Assembly (NCBI GenBank): GCA_023261645.1
Contig: JAHFOO010000003.1
Location: 31,951-95,950, forward strand
DNA length: 64,000 bases
DNA from: Candidatus Moraniibacteriota bacterium
Lineage (GTDB): Bacteria > Patescibacteriota > Minisyncoccia > Moranbacterales > UBA1568
Direction: 5' to 3'
A model generated the notes under the pieces. That model saw nothing but the letters and a program-made list of their open reading frames with translations, was not told the DNA's origin and did not search any database. Shown here in pieces: positions 50,326-60,428 of the stretch (positions are counted from its first letter, which is position 1; every line of letters begins with the position of its first letter). The position numbers and the translations under genes are program-made.

Positions 50326-51315
50326 ATGTATTCCATCAAAAAATATCTCTTCACTCTTTTCATACTTATTATCGGAATTGCTGTTACTGTCGCCTTTTTC
50401 AAGTTGGAAGAATCGAAGGAAAATAAAAAAAATAGCGGTTTCAAAAGCTGTCAGAATCAATACAACCTCATCAACCCAGAGATTGATTGTGAAACGATTG
50501 ATGATGACATTACCAAGACTCAAGGAATTAATAATACGATTGAAGATTTTGTTGCTCTTGAAAAAAAGACAGGCAAAGCAGACGAAATATCTGTCTTTTA
50601 TCGGAACCTCACTACCCGTCAGTGGTTCGGTATCGACGAGAACAGGCAATTCTACCCCGCCAGTGTTGCGAAACTCCCTACTGCTATGATGTTCTATAAG
50701 GTTGCCGAGGTCGATAAGGAGATTCTCGAAACACCAAACACCATCACCGAGGAAGATACCAAATTAAACGATGGCCAACACTATAAACCTCCGGAAAAGC
50801 TGGGGGCCGGAAAAGACTATTCAACGAGAGAACTTCTTCGAAGAATTCTGACATATTCTGACAATATCCCGCTTCGGATACTTATGGAATCGGCCCTTCC
50901 CTTCAGCGCTCCTGTTTTCTTGGATCTCGGTGTGACATTCCCGGCCAAGGAAGGTGATACTGTCGCACAATGGAACACAACAACAAAAACTATTTCTAAC
51001 CTTTTTCGCGTCCTTTACAATGCATCGTATATTCGTCCAGAATATTCGAATGTTATCCTTGAACAGCTCGCCGATTCAAGTTTCAAAAACGGTCTTGTTG
51101 CCGGTGTTCCTGCCGAGACAAAAGTTGCACACAAATATGGTGAGGCTTCGGAAACCGATGAAAAGACGGGTGAGGTTTATATCGTACTCAATGATTGCGG
51201 GATTGTTTACAAAGAAAGCAGCCCGTATATCATTTGTGTGATGACTCAGGGAAAAAGTTTTGATGACCTTGAAACAATCATCAAAACAATCTCTGAAAAA
51301 GTATATTCTTTCTGA
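50326..51315 (+). CDS. Serine hydrolase of the class A beta-lactamase/PBP fold
   Basis: N-terminal transmembrane helix. SxxK motif (PASVAKLP), SDN motif (YSDN) and a KxG-like motif (HKYGEAS). Confidence 0.55.
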   Translation: MYSIKKYLFTLFILIIGIAVTVAFFKLEESKENKKNSGFKSCQNQYNLINPEIDCETIDDDITKTQGINNTIEDFVALEKKTGKADEISVFYRNLTTRQWFGIDENRQFYPASVAKLPTAMMFYKVAEVDKEILETPNTITEEDTKLNDGQHYKPPEKLGAGKDYSTRELLRRILTYSDNIPLRILMESALPFSAPVFLDLGVTFPAKEGDTVAQWNTTTKTISNLFRVLYNASYIRPEYSNVILEQLADSSFKNGLVAGVPAETKVAHKYGEASETDEKTGEVYIVLNDCGIVYKESSPYIICVMTQGKSFDDLETIIKTISEKVYSF

Positions 51316-51334
51316 CCGATCTTCCAACAAAAAA

Positions 51335-51368
51335 CCCTGAGAGTGCTTTGTTCTCAGGACTTTTTATT
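51335..51368. terminator. Rho-independent terminator (bidirectional)
   Basis: CCTGAGAG...CTCAGG hairpin followed by ACTTTTTATTT. Sits between convergent genes. Confidence 0.55.
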
Positions 51369-51379
51369 TAGATTCAGGT

Positions 51380-54300
51380 TTAATAATCCGTCTCTACATA
51401 CAGCGATGCAACGTCGATTCCAACAGCAAGAGCTGTGAGATTGTTGGTTCTCCAAAATCTTGCTGCCAAAAAAGTGGTACTGGCAGGAAGCTGTGTCCCA
51501 GCCGTCGCTGCAGTAATCGTGCCCGTAGCGACATCTCCGGTATTAAGTCTTGTTACTCGATAATTTACAACATTATTAACATTAGTAGGAGCATAAAGTA
51601 TCAATTCATACATATCAACCGAGAGAGTGTTTGCTGGGAAGTTAACACCCAGATCAATTGGAGTCTGTGGTGCGGAACCACCATAACATAATTTCATATT
51701 AGTATCAGCCGCACCACTACAAAGTCCTATGCTATTCGTAAGCGTGCTCGGCTCGACATTTGTCGGCGCAGCCGTTGCAGAAGACAGCCCTACAAACTCT
51801 CGGGCACCGGTTACAGTAGCGGCATCACTCGATCCAAAACGAGAGACATAGGTAAAGCCTCCTAATCCCGCACCATCACCGATTGTATATTGCATACTAC
51901 CTTGACGCAGGCTTCCCAATGTTCCAGCTACCGCAGTTGAAACTACTCCTGCTCTTTTAAGACGCGTAAACATACGGGTAGTTGCGACACTTCTTGTTGT
52001 CATAGTGGTCCCACCATTTGAAACTACAGTCATTGCCGCCATACCAAGAACTCCAGGTGCTGTCGTCGCATTTCCAGGTGGATTCCACCATGCTACTTTG
52101 TTCATTGCCACCATTGGTTGCACAATGGAATCAAGCCCCGATGGACCAATCCATTTCGGCATCATTCTGCCTGCGACTGATTTTGAATAGAGAAGCATCT
52201 TTCCAGTAGCTGGAGCCGATGGTTCATTGGTTATTCCATTTAATAATACCTCACCATCTGTACCATTGATTCCCAAGGTTTGTGTTGTCTTGTTGAAGGT
52301 AAATCCTGCATCACCACTTTCTGTTCCGGCGTCATTGAAAGCAACCTGTGTATCACTTCCGATCGGACCGCCACCACCCGCTCCGATACAATCGGTCCAA
52401 GTTGTATTTTGATAGCAACGAAACTTGTTACTGTTCTGATTGTAATACATCGTTCCTTCGATGGCTGTAGCTGGATCACCAGCGTCACTCTTGGCATCAA
52501 GAGCGAGGAGGTCTGGCGTAGTAGATCCTGCTCCACCCGTACCGATCTGCACGTTACCTTCTGCAGTATCTTCTGGGACGAGGTTGATACCACCAGTGCC
52601 CGATTTGATGGTCGTCGTCGATGACGTCGTTGATGAACCAAAGGTAACCGTCTTGATAGCAGCCCCCGTAGCGATATTGATGGTTTCGTTTGATGCGTCA
52701 TCACCAATAGAGAGTGCTCCTGTCGTACCCGAATTGATCGTAAGAGCTGATGCTGTAGCAGAAGAGAGAGTCACGATACCCGCACCGGTATATGATTGAT
52801 TGTTCGCAATAGAAACACCGCCGGTATCCGTAGTGACTGAATCAGCATTCAAAATATCCTGGATATCGACGGTACCACCGGCATTCACTACCATCGTCGC
52901 CTGATTACTGGTGATACCGGTCGCGTTGTTGATAGCCAATGCTCCAGCCGTGATTGTCATTCCGCCAGAAGCAATAGAGATACCGGTTGTCACGCCCGTG
53001 CCGATAGCGATACCGGTACCGACATTGTTACCGATATTGATACCAGTTGCGATAGATCCGGCTGTTTCTGTAATCTGGATGCCACTCGTCATCGTACCGG
53101 CTCCGGTCTGCTCAATGAGCATCCCGTTGGTGAGAGTGCCTGAAGCAATAGAGTTAAAAATTCTTTCTGCTGAAACACCAGCCGTATCCTGATTTTCTAC
53201 CGTAAATGAAGTTGGCGTCGCCACTTCACCAAGAGTATAAGCAATGTTTCTTCCTGTTGTAGTCAGAATGGTATTACCACTGGCGGTATCATACGAAGTT
53301 TGGAGAGTGCTACTACCGCCCGCTCCAATACAATTCGTCCAAGTAGCTCCCTGATAACAACGAAATACATTATCAAACGTGTTGTAATACAGCGCACCCT
53401 CAAAACCACCGGCAGGATCTCCTGTAGTTGATTTCACATCAAGAGCGAGGTAGTCAGGCGTCGTCGAACCAGCACCGCCAGCCCCAATCTGAACCGTAGC
53501 GATCGTACCCGAACCTGCTGGCTGCAATGTGAGGTTCCCTGAAGTATTAGTAATGCTCACATTCGGTGCCAACGTCATTGTGGCAATACCAGAAGCTGTC
53601 AAAGCGGTGTCAGAAGAAGCAATCGTGAGAGTGTTTGAGCCTGAATCAAGGGTCAACCCAGTTGTCGTCGAGGCAATAGTCCCTGTTCCTGCAAAAGTGA
53701 GTGCTGTAGCACTTGTTGCAATCGTATCCAGAGAAGCCACACCAGTAAGAGCGCCTCCAGTCGTGACATTGAGGCCACCAGATGAAGTCAAAGCAAAAGT
53801 ACCGGTGGCATTGCCGATGGTCGTGGTGGCTGTACCGGTTGAGTTGATAAGGGTTGTACCTGTAATCGTCGTAGCATCATTGAGACTGATGATGCCAGCA
53901 CCATTAGCAACAAGAGTGAGATCTTCACCGGTTCCGGTGGTGATATCGGTTGTCGCACCCGTAAAAGTAAGTCCAGTCGAGCCAATAATTTTGTTGGTCA
54001 GTGTCTGACTCGTACCCAAATCAGCAAGCGTGATCGTACCCGACGGAAGCGTAGCTATTGTTGAAGCTGTGGCCGTTAATGTTAGGGGAAAAGCACCGGT
54101 CGTTGTGAATGCATCAGAAAACTGAATGGTCTTGCCATTTGGGATAGTAAGAGTACCAGTGGTATCCGTGACTGAGAGACCGTGTACTTTGTCGGCGTTC
54201 AGAGCATACGGTGCCGTGGTGAAGTGAACGAGCGGTGTCATCTGTCCGTTACTATTAAAGTTGATACCGAGGTAAATGTTATCGGTATTGAAATCGATGA

Positions 54301-54631
54301 GAGAAGCGAAAGCAGTCGTATCGCCGAGATTGGTCTGAAAAATACCATCAGCCGTGGTGATGCTTTTCGATTCTTTCCATACGGCGTCGTTATTGGAACC
54401 GGCTGTACAGGGTGTCACCGGACTGGCGGTCGTGTACACACAAAACAAGAAGTTATAACTGGCATTGGCGACGTTGGTACCATCGGTATTCGTAACTTTT
54501 CCTTGGAAGTTGATCTGTTTGTTGATACCCGTAGTCGCCTCTGCTGTTTGAACTACATAAAAAAAGAGAAGCAGGCTGGCCAAGGCCACCGCTTTACTTC
54601 TGAAGAAATTCTTTGTATTTTTGGTTTTCAC
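51380..54631 (-). CDS. Large (1083 aa) secreted Thr/Gly-rich repeat protein with an internally duplicated ~330-aa module
   Basis: Signal peptide and long G/T/A-rich beta-helix-like tracts. Two copies of a module end in GSTTPD[YL]LALD[VA]KS..GDPA...YYN....FRCYQ..TWT[ND]CIGAGG. Confidence 0.6.
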   Translation of the reverse strand: MKTKNTKNFFRSKAVALASLLLFFYVVQTAEATTGINKQINFQGKVTNTDGTNVANASYNFLFCVYTTASPVTPCTAGSNNDAVWKESKSITTADGIFQTNLGDTTAFASLIDFNTDNIYLGINFNSNGQMTPLVHFTTAPYALNADKVHGLSVTDTTGTLTIPNGKTIQFSDAFTTTGAFPLTLTATASTIATLPSGTITLADLGTSQTLTNKIIGSTGLTFTGATTDITTGTGEDLTLVANGAGIISLNDATTITGTTLINSTGTATTTIGNATGTFALTSSGGLNVTTGGALTGVASLDTIATSATALTFAGTGTIASTTTGLTLDSGSNTLTIASSDTALTASGIATMTLAPNVSITNTSGNLTLQPAGSGTIATVQIGAGGAGSTTPDYLALDVKSTTGDPAGGFEGALYYNTFDNVFRCYQGATWTNCIGAGGSSTLQTSYDTASGNTILTTTGRNIAYTLGEVATPTSFTVENQDTAGVSAERIFNSIASGTLTNGMLIEQTGAGTMTSGIQITETAGSIATGINIGNNVGTGIAIGTGVTTGISIASGGMTITAGALAINNATGITSNQATMVVNAGGTVDIQDILNADSVTTDTGGVSIANNQSYTGAGIVTLSSATASALTINSGTTGALSIGDDASNETINIATGAAIKTVTFGSSTTSSTTTIKSGTGGINLVPEDTAEGNVQIGTGGAGSTTPDLLALDAKSDAGDPATAIEGTMYYNQNSNKFRCYQNTTWTDCIGAGGGGPIGSDTQVAFNDAGTESGDAGFTFNKTTQTLGINGTDGEVLLNGITNEPSAPATGKMLLYSKSVAGRMMPKWIGPSGLDSIVQPMVAMNKVAWWNPPGNATTAPGVLGMAAMTVVSNGGTTMTTRSVATTRMFTRLKRAGVVSTAVAGTLGSLRQGSMQYTIGDGAGLGGFTYVSRFGSSDAATVTGAREFVGLSSATAAPTNVEPSTLTNSIGLCSGAADTNMKLCYGGSAPQTPIDLGVNFPANTLSVDMYELILYAPTNVNNVVNYRVTRLNTGDVATGTITAATAGTQLPASTTFLAARFWRTNNLTALAVGIDVASLYVETDY

Positions 54632-54649
54632 ACGCTTCTTTTTTTGTTT

Positions 54650-55135
54650 TTATCTCGGTAACACGACGTCTTGAGGCTGATTACTTTTTACTTCAAGTAC
54701 CGAAGAGTCAAACCCTGCCAAAGCGTCGGCCTGTGCTCGACTCACAGCGTTATTCTTCGCTTCAAGTTCAGAAATTCTATCCGACATTTGACTGAAAATG
54801 ACCGCTGTCACAATGAGAATGAGAGAAAGGACAAGTGTGATAGCTATCAACCAATACTTCCCAGAAAGCTCGTTTTTTCTTTTTTCAAAAAATTGGGTGG
54901 TTTTCCCCTGAGAGATGATAACTTCATCTGGTTTTTTGTCCGCAAGATACTCATTGAGCCATGAAATAGTGGTCAACCATTTATGCCCCTTCTTTTCCGC
55001 TTTGAGCAGTCCGCGCCGAGAAAGCAAACTTAGATACTCCTGACTATACGAGCAGAGTTTGGAAGCGTCCCACATAGAGAGATATTCGGTATTCATATAT
55101 TTTTTTGAGAGAGATACTCGTGATAGCAAGCTCAC
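54650..55135 (-). CDS. HTH (excisionase/MerR-like) domain membrane protein
   Basis: N-terminal YLSMWDASKLCSYSQEYLSLLSRRGLLKAEKKGHKWLTT resembles HTH_17/excisionase-type DNA-binding domains. It is followed by one transmembrane helix and a C-terminal coiled-coil tail. Confidence 0.4.
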   Translation of the reverse strand: MSLLSRVSLSKKYMNTEYLSMWDASKLCSYSQEYLSLLSRRGLLKAEKKGHKWLTTISWLNEYLADKKPDEVIISQGKTTQFFEKRKNELSGKYWLIAITLVLSLILIVTAVIFSQMSDRISELEAKNNAVSRAQADALAGFDSSVLEVKSNQPQDVVLPR

Positions 55136-55185
55136 GACCTGCTACTCCTTATCAGAAGTAGTGTTGTGCTTCTTTGTTCCTGCTA

Positions 55186-55212
55186 AAACAAAAAAACCGG
55201 GCATTCACCCGG
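55186..55212 (-). terminator. Rho-independent terminator for the minus-strand gene 55306..55908
   Basis: ACCGGG-CATTCA-CCCGGT hairpin. On the minus strand it is followed by TTTTTTTGTTTT. Confidence 0.5.
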
Positions 55213-55305
55213 TTTCTTGGCTGTATCGGATATATCCGATACTCAATCACCTGTCTATTATAGCAGGAAAATGCCCTCTTGTCAACGCGTACCAAATAAG
55301 GATCT

Positions 55306-55908
55306 CTATTCCTTCGTTTTCCATTCGAAATCTTTAAGAATATTTTCCAAATCTCCTCGTAATGTTTCAAGGGAAAATGGAGAAGTAGTAGAAATGCTCA
55401 GAATAGAATTATCTTTCTGGAAAAACACCGTCTGTTCGAATACTTGAGAGTTTTTCGTAAAAAGAGCTCCGTCAAGATCTTGCCATTTGAGTGACGACTG
55501 TTCGTATGTTTGGGAATCATTGCGACGCATCTGAAACGCCGGTGAAGCATTAAGTGTGTTTGTTTCGCGCTTCTCTGCAGTAATGGCTATTTTCTTTCCT
55601 TCCGTATCGATAGCGGAAAGGAGAAGACCTTCTTCAATCGGACCGGTCTCTGAAAATGTATGTGAGGTTTCTCGATATTTTCCAGGATACGAGAAACTGA
55701 AAGAGGTTCCCGAAAAGTGTTTGGTTTCCGTTTTTTGATCAAAACTCTCCTCTTGCTTGGGGAGTGTTCCAGAACGAATTACGCCGACAGCAGAAGTTCG
55801 AAGGAAAATCCATAAAAAATACAGTCCCACACAAAGAAAGGTCGCTATGAAAAAGAATATCGAAAACTTGTACTTTCGCTTCATCTTATTTCGTTTATTT
55901 TGTCTCAT
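55306..55908 (-). CDS. Hypothetical membrane-anchored protein
   Basis: N-terminal transmembrane helix (FSIFFFIATFLCVGLYFLWIFL). No domain recognised. Confidence 0.4.
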   Translation of the reverse strand: MRQNKRNKMKRKYKFSIFFFIATFLCVGLYFLWIFLRTSAVGVIRSGTLPKQEESFDQKTETKHFSGTSFSFSYPGKYRETSHTFSETGPIEEGLLLSAIDTEGKKIAITAEKRETNTLNASPAFQMRRNDSQTYEQSSLKWQDLDGALFTKNSQVFEQTVFFQKDNSILSISTTSPFSLETLRGDLENILKDFEWKTKE

Positions 55909-56842
55909 TTGAGCCTTTTCTATGATATTTTACCACGAACCACACTACCAATACGACAAGAAGAATACCCGTCCCGATAGCAGGCAGAGGGATGAAATAA
56001 AATTGAAACGATGTGGATGAAAAATCGTCTTTTCCATCATATCGGAAACTCATATCCATCGTATAGCGTCCTGGTACGAAACTGAAGAGAAGCGTTTTGA
56101 GACGGACAGGATAGATACGGAATGTCTCAGGAAGAATAATTGATGATTCCTCATTGATGATACCTTTGGCAACAATGCGTCCAAAAGGATCAGTCACAGT
56201 TGCTATGCCCCGCGGTACAAGATGGACGTTACCATTATTCTGGAAACGTAGACGAAGCATATTCTGAAATCGTATCAGGGTATGCTCATAGTCCTGTCTG
56301 TTCAATCGAAGATCAGAGATTTCACCACCGACTTTCTTGACGAAAACGAGCGTCGAGAAGAGTTGATTGACAGAAACCGTCTCTCCTCCGGCGTTTTCTT
56401 CAGTGTTTCCTTGGCCACTCTTCTCTGTCTTGAATGTCAGGGCGCCATAGTGTCCGCCAGGAGACAGACCTTCGCGATTTTCTATGGTGATGAGAATCTT
56501 CTTCGTTTCATTGGGTTCGAGCATAAACACATCTTTTTCCGGGCGTATCCACGAAGCGAGAGCGTATTTTTTCTCCAGATCGTTCGTTGCACCGAGGAAA
56601 GCCACTCCGCCGGATTCATCCAAACTGCCGAAATCAAAAACAGCGATACGGAGTGTCACCGCTTCATCCGTGGTATTGGTGACAGAAACGAAAAAATCTG
56701 TTTTTGTATCTTTCGTCTCAAGGGTAATTTCTTGAAAGGCGGGGCTCAGAGTGATACCGCTTTGAACATTTTCAGCATAAACCATCCCTCGTGGGGAGAA
56801 CATTACCACAACGATAAAAAGAGTAAACAAAAAAAGCCTCAT
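55895..56842 (-). CDS. Cell-surface protein, DUF916/DUF3324-like (signal peptide + beta-sandwich + C-terminal TM anchor)
   Basis: Signal peptide and Ig-like beta-rich domains. C-terminal transmembrane helix and basic tail (FIPLPAIGTGILLVVLVVWFVVKYHRKG). Confidence 0.4.
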   Translation of the reverse strand: MRLFLFTLFIVVVMFSPRGMVYAENVQSGITLSPAFQEITLETKDTKTDFFVSVTNTTDEAVTLRIAVFDFGSLDESGGVAFLGATNDLEKKYALASWIRPEKDVFMLEPNETKKILITIENREGLSPGGHYGALTFKTEKSGQGNTEENAGGETVSVNQLFSTLVFVKKVGGEISDLRLNRQDYEHTLIRFQNMLRLRFQNNGNVHLVPRGIATVTDPFGRIVAKGIINEESSIILPETFRIYPVRLKTLLFSFVPGRYTMDMSFRYDGKDDFSSTSFQFYFIPLPAIGTGILLVVLVVWFVVKYHRKGSNETK

Positions 56843-56865
56843 GAAATTTAAATTTGGTTTGGTTT

Positions 56866-57951
56866 CTACTTCTTTATTCGTTTGAAAAGCTTATTCCAAA
56901 CAGTACGTACCGTGGAACGGAAACCTACGAAGAAAAAAATGGCAATAACAGTAAGTGCAATAAGCATCCGCCAAGGCACCACCCAAAAGGTCACCTCTCC
57001 TTCAATAGGTACGTCCCGATGTCCATCATCATAGATGAGGAGGAGATTGGCGGTATACTTTCCAAAACGGAGTTTGGACGTATTGTTCCAATCCCATTTG
57101 AGTTCATAGACAGGATTCCCCTCTCCATCAAGAACCGTCTTGCCGTCTTGTGTTTTCTCCGTATAGACAGGAAAGCCATCGTTCCATTTGGTATCGAATA
57201 TACGGCTTGAATTCGGCAATATATTGCCCTTTTCGCTGTTCACTTCAAGAATAGCAATATTCTTTGTATTCCCTTGATTGATGAAGATGTTTCCTCTCGG
57301 AGCGATATGGACACTTCCAGTGTTTTTCAGCTTCACGCTGAATGTTGTCGGAAGAAATTCATAGAATTTCTTGTCGACAGAGAATTCTGTCACACTCACT
57401 TCTCTCTTGGCATCCGGAACTCGCGCTTCAAGGAGAACGAGAATGGCCGTACCCCCGACAAGGGCTGTCTGTCGTGTTTCAAGCTGTGCTCCATCATCCG
57501 CTCGAGAGAAAACAAAGGCATAGTAATATCCGAAAGAGGCGGTCGATGGAACGACAAACGTCGCAGTGATCGTTTTCCATTCATCGGGAGCCAAAGTGAA
57601 TGTCGGTTCTGAGAATGTTACCCAGTTCAAGAAATCATCACCCGCTTCTCTCTCCAAGAGTTGTGGCTTGCCAGACTCTTCGTACGCATTGAATTTCATC
57701 AGGTCGATCTTGAGCGTTTCTTTCTGTGTACCACCATTCTTCACCTTGAGTTCCGTTGTGATGGTCTTGCCTGGTTCGGTGACAAGGTTGATAGGCAATG
57801 GTGAAGTGATGAGACGGAGTCCTGCATCGGTAGTTTGGGCGGAGACGGAAAAAGCAAGCGAAAGAGAACAAACAAAAAGAAAAAGGAGGCTGAAAAAAGT
57901 CACTTTGAAAGAAAAATTTGTAGGAAATATATGCATAAGGATTATCATCAT
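56866..57951 (-). CDS. Cell-surface protein, paralogue of 55895..56842 (C-terminal TM anchor)
   Basis: Same architecture. C-terminal WRMLIALTVIAIFFFVGFRSTVR plus a basic tail. Confidence 0.4.
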   Translation of the reverse strand: MMIILMHIFPTNFSFKVTFFSLLFLFVCSLSLAFSVSAQTTDAGLRLITSPLPINLVTEPGKTITTELKVKNGGTQKETLKIDLMKFNAYEESGKPQLLEREAGDDFLNWVTFSEPTFTLAPDEWKTITATFVVPSTASFGYYYAFVFSRADDGAQLETRQTALVGGTAILVLLEARVPDAKREVSVTEFSVDKKFYEFLPTTFSVKLKNTGSVHIAPRGNIFINQGNTKNIAILEVNSEKGNILPNSSRIFDTKWNDGFPVYTEKTQDGKTVLDGEGNPVYELKWDWNNTSKLRFGKYTANLLLIYDDGHRDVPIEGEVTFWVVPWRMLIALTVIAIFFFVGFRSTVRTVWNKLFKRIKK

Positions 57952-58169
57952 AATACCATATTCCTCTTTTTGTACCTAGAATTCACCTTTCATCAAGAGT
58001 CTCTTATCTCTAGAAATAATGGGCATTGAACCCCGGGGCAAGCCCTAGACACAATCCCTCCGCGGCAAGCCGCGGAGTATTGACCCAATTTTACTAGCAC
58101 TCGCTCGGTAATGAAAACCCTCCTTCCATCGAAGGAAAGAGGTCTATCTTTTTTAACGAGAACGGAAAA

Positions 58170-59285
58170 CTAGAATCGTCCAGCAGCCACAACTGTCAAC
58201 GTATCCGTATAATCCGTCGCTGCAGGTTGAATAGCGGTGATTTTGGCACGTTCGATGAGGGTCAGAACATCACCATCGGTCGTACCAGAGGATGCTGCAA
58301 TCGGTTGGAATGTCGTTGCAAGCGTACCTCCGGAAGTAGTATTGGTACCGTTGTACTCTGCCCCATAGTTAGAGGCCTGAGAAACCGTACCTGTACCCGT
58401 AGCACTATCAGTCGTGATATCCACATCAAGGACATATCCTACAAGAGAGGCAAGATCGGATGGTGCATTGTCGAGAGAGCCGGCCGTAGCGATAGTGGTA
58501 CTGGCTGAAGCGGAGGAAAGGCCAGCATTGGCACTCTTGACCCAAGCGACCCAACCTAAAGCGGCATTCGTTGCGATAGTGACTGTCTTACCGGCAGTAG
58601 AAGCGGTTGTCGTAGAAAGATTACCAGAGAAAGTGTCCGTATTCCCACTCAAAGCGAAGGTGAAAGTAGCAGGCACAGTGGCTGTCACCACGATCTGATC
58701 ATTGGTCACGATAGAGAGAGCAAAATTGGAGCTATCAATAGCAGTCGGTCCGGCGAGTTGCGTGGTGATAGTCCCTACCAAATTGTTCCCGGCAGTAGGA
58801 TTGGTCAATGTGGTTGTTCCGGTAAAATTGAAACAATACAGCGTTCCGACAACCATATCACCGCTCGGAAAAGTGACATCCTGACCAGTGGCTGCCGAAG
58901 CGGTACCGATACCGATCCACGCTGTCGCATCCGTAGGGATATTGGTCGTCGTCACGGTCCAGTTCGCAGGAGTATCCACCGTAGCGAATCCTGTCGGAAA
59001 GGTCACTTTGACCGTCGTTTCTATAGAAGCCGTGACAGATTTGGCACAAACCATCCCGCCCGTGGTCGTAGAGGCAGCCAAACGATCGAGACGAACAGAA
59101 GATTGCTGGAGTCCGGCTGCTTCAGCTTTCTCAACACCCAGAAAAAATGGAAAGACAAAAATAAACAAGAAAGAAAGAACCGCTACCGACATCACGCTTC
59201 GTGTCAACTGTTTCATAGAAAAAGGTTCGCAATTTATTTTTATTATTATGTATTGAGAGAATAAAAAGATTCTTTCTGCAGTCAT
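58170..59285 (-). CDS. Secreted Thr/Gly/Ala-rich surface protein with conserved C-terminal motif (WxL/SCPU-like)
   Basis: Signal peptide and T/A/G-rich beta-rich body. C-terminus is ...PAATDYTDTLTVVAAGRF. Confidence 0.4.
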   Translation of the reverse strand: MTAERIFLFSQYIIIKINCEPFSMKQLTRSVMSVAVLSFLFIFVFPFFLGVEKAEAAGLQQSSVRLDRLAASTTTGGMVCAKSVTASIETTVKVTFPTGFATVDTPANWTVTTTNIPTDATAWIGIGTASAATGQDVTFPSGDMVVGTLYCFNFTGTTTLTNPTAGNNLVGTITTQLAGPTAIDSSNFALSIVTNDQIVVTATVPATFTFALSGNTDTFSGNLSTTTASTAGKTVTIATNAALGWVAWVKSANAGLSSASASTTIATAGSLDNAPSDLASLVGYVLDVDITTDSATGTGTVSQASNYGAEYNGTNTTSGGTLATTFQPIAASSGTTDGDVLTLIERAKITAIQPAATDYTDTLTVVAAGRF

Positions 59286-59339
59286 TGTATCACTTTTTTC
59301 ACCGGAAGTTAATCCTTTGTCAAGACTGAAAAGAAAAAA

Positions 59340-60413
59340 TCAAAAGCTGGCAGAGGCGATAACAGTCAATGTTTCTGTGTAATCACTGGCAGAAGGAGTC
59401 ACTGCAGATGATTTCGCTTTGAGGAGGAATGACCCACGGCCATTGGTTGTCGGAGCGGAGGCGGTAAATATCTCACGAATACTCGTATCGATAATACCCA
59501 CGTTGCTCCCCGTCTGATCGTAGAGCGTTGCGATGGTCAACCCATTGGTAGCTGTCGATTTCTGTGCACCAAAACCTTCATCCAAAGCAGTCAAATTGCC
59601 TGTCACGGCATCGATCGTATACCCGGCACGGGTACTCGTTAGCCCTGCACTATTGGAAACGACATAGACACGTCCCCCGCTCTCACCATTGGTGATGAAA
59701 TCCACCCAGATCTTCTCCGGACTGTCTGTCACTGTCCCCGCAAATAAATCCCCAAAGTTTGTTGCTGTAACGTTGTTGTCTGCATCAGATGCCGAAACAT
59801 CGATATCAAAGGTCATCTGAGGATTGACGGTCGCCGTGGTCGCAGTCGGGCCATAACCGGTTTCGGTGAATTTTCCTTGCCATGCATTTACTTTTACTTG
59901 ATACGTCGTACCGGCCGTGAGACCTATGATAAGAGTGCCACCTGCTCCTCCCCAGGTCGTATATGTCTGGTAGTCTTCATTGCCACGTACTGCACCTACC
60001 GTATCATCACTTTGTACATAGCGTGTATCACTCACAAAACCATCCGTACTGATAGCAATAGAAAATTTCGTATCACTTGGATTGTTTCCTGTATCGAGGA
60101 CTATTTTCAATTTATTATAATAATTGCTCGGATTGGTAAATGTCGGAGCCGGAGGAACATTGGCCTGATTGGTGAAAAGAAGTCCTGAACCGAGACCGTA
60201 ATCCGTACTGGAAAGTTTTCCATTGCTTTGTTCGCCACTTACCCCATCCAAAGCATAGTTTGTGGATGTCGCATCTCCTGCTCCGCCTGTTCCAAAACCG
60301 AAATCCTTGAGCTGATAGTTCGTGCTGGCCGGAAAAACGAATATAAGAAAAAACCCTAGAGGAAGTGAAAAAAACTTTTTGTAAAAAGAAATAGTTGTGA
60401 AGCCTTTCCTCAT
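59340..60413 (-). CDS. Secreted Thr/Gly-rich surface protein, paralogue of 58170..59285
   Basis: Signal peptide. C-terminus is ...PSASDYTETLTVIASASF, sharing the DYT[DE]TLTV motif. Confidence 0.4.
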   Translation of the reverse strand: MRKGFTTISFYKKFFSLPLGFFLIFVFPASTNYQLKDFGFGTGGAGDATSTNYALDGVSGEQSNGKLSSTDYGLGSGLLFTNQANVPPAPTFTNPSNYYNKLKIVLDTGNNPSDTKFSIAISTDGFVSDTRYVQSDDTVGAVRGNEDYQTYTTWGGAGGTLIIGLTAGTTYQVKVNAWQGKFTETGYGPTATTATVNPQMTFDIDVSASDADNNVTATNFGDLFAGTVTDSPEKIWVDFITNGESGGRVYVVSNSAGLTSTRAGYTIDAVTGNLTALDEGFGAQKSTATNGLTIATLYDQTGSNVGIIDTSIREIFTASAPTTNGRGSFLLKAKSSAVTPSASDYTETLTVIASASF

Positions 60414-60428
60414 AAGTAAAGTATATCT

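Noticed and set aside
58020-58160. GC-rich palindromic stretch (CGCGGCAAGCCGCGG, GGGCATTGAACCCCGGGGCAAGCCC) downstream of 58170..59285 as a possible small RNA or tRNA
   Set aside because: It does not fold into a tRNA cloverleaf. It most likely acts as a terminator or stem-loop between genes, with too little evidence to call a feature.
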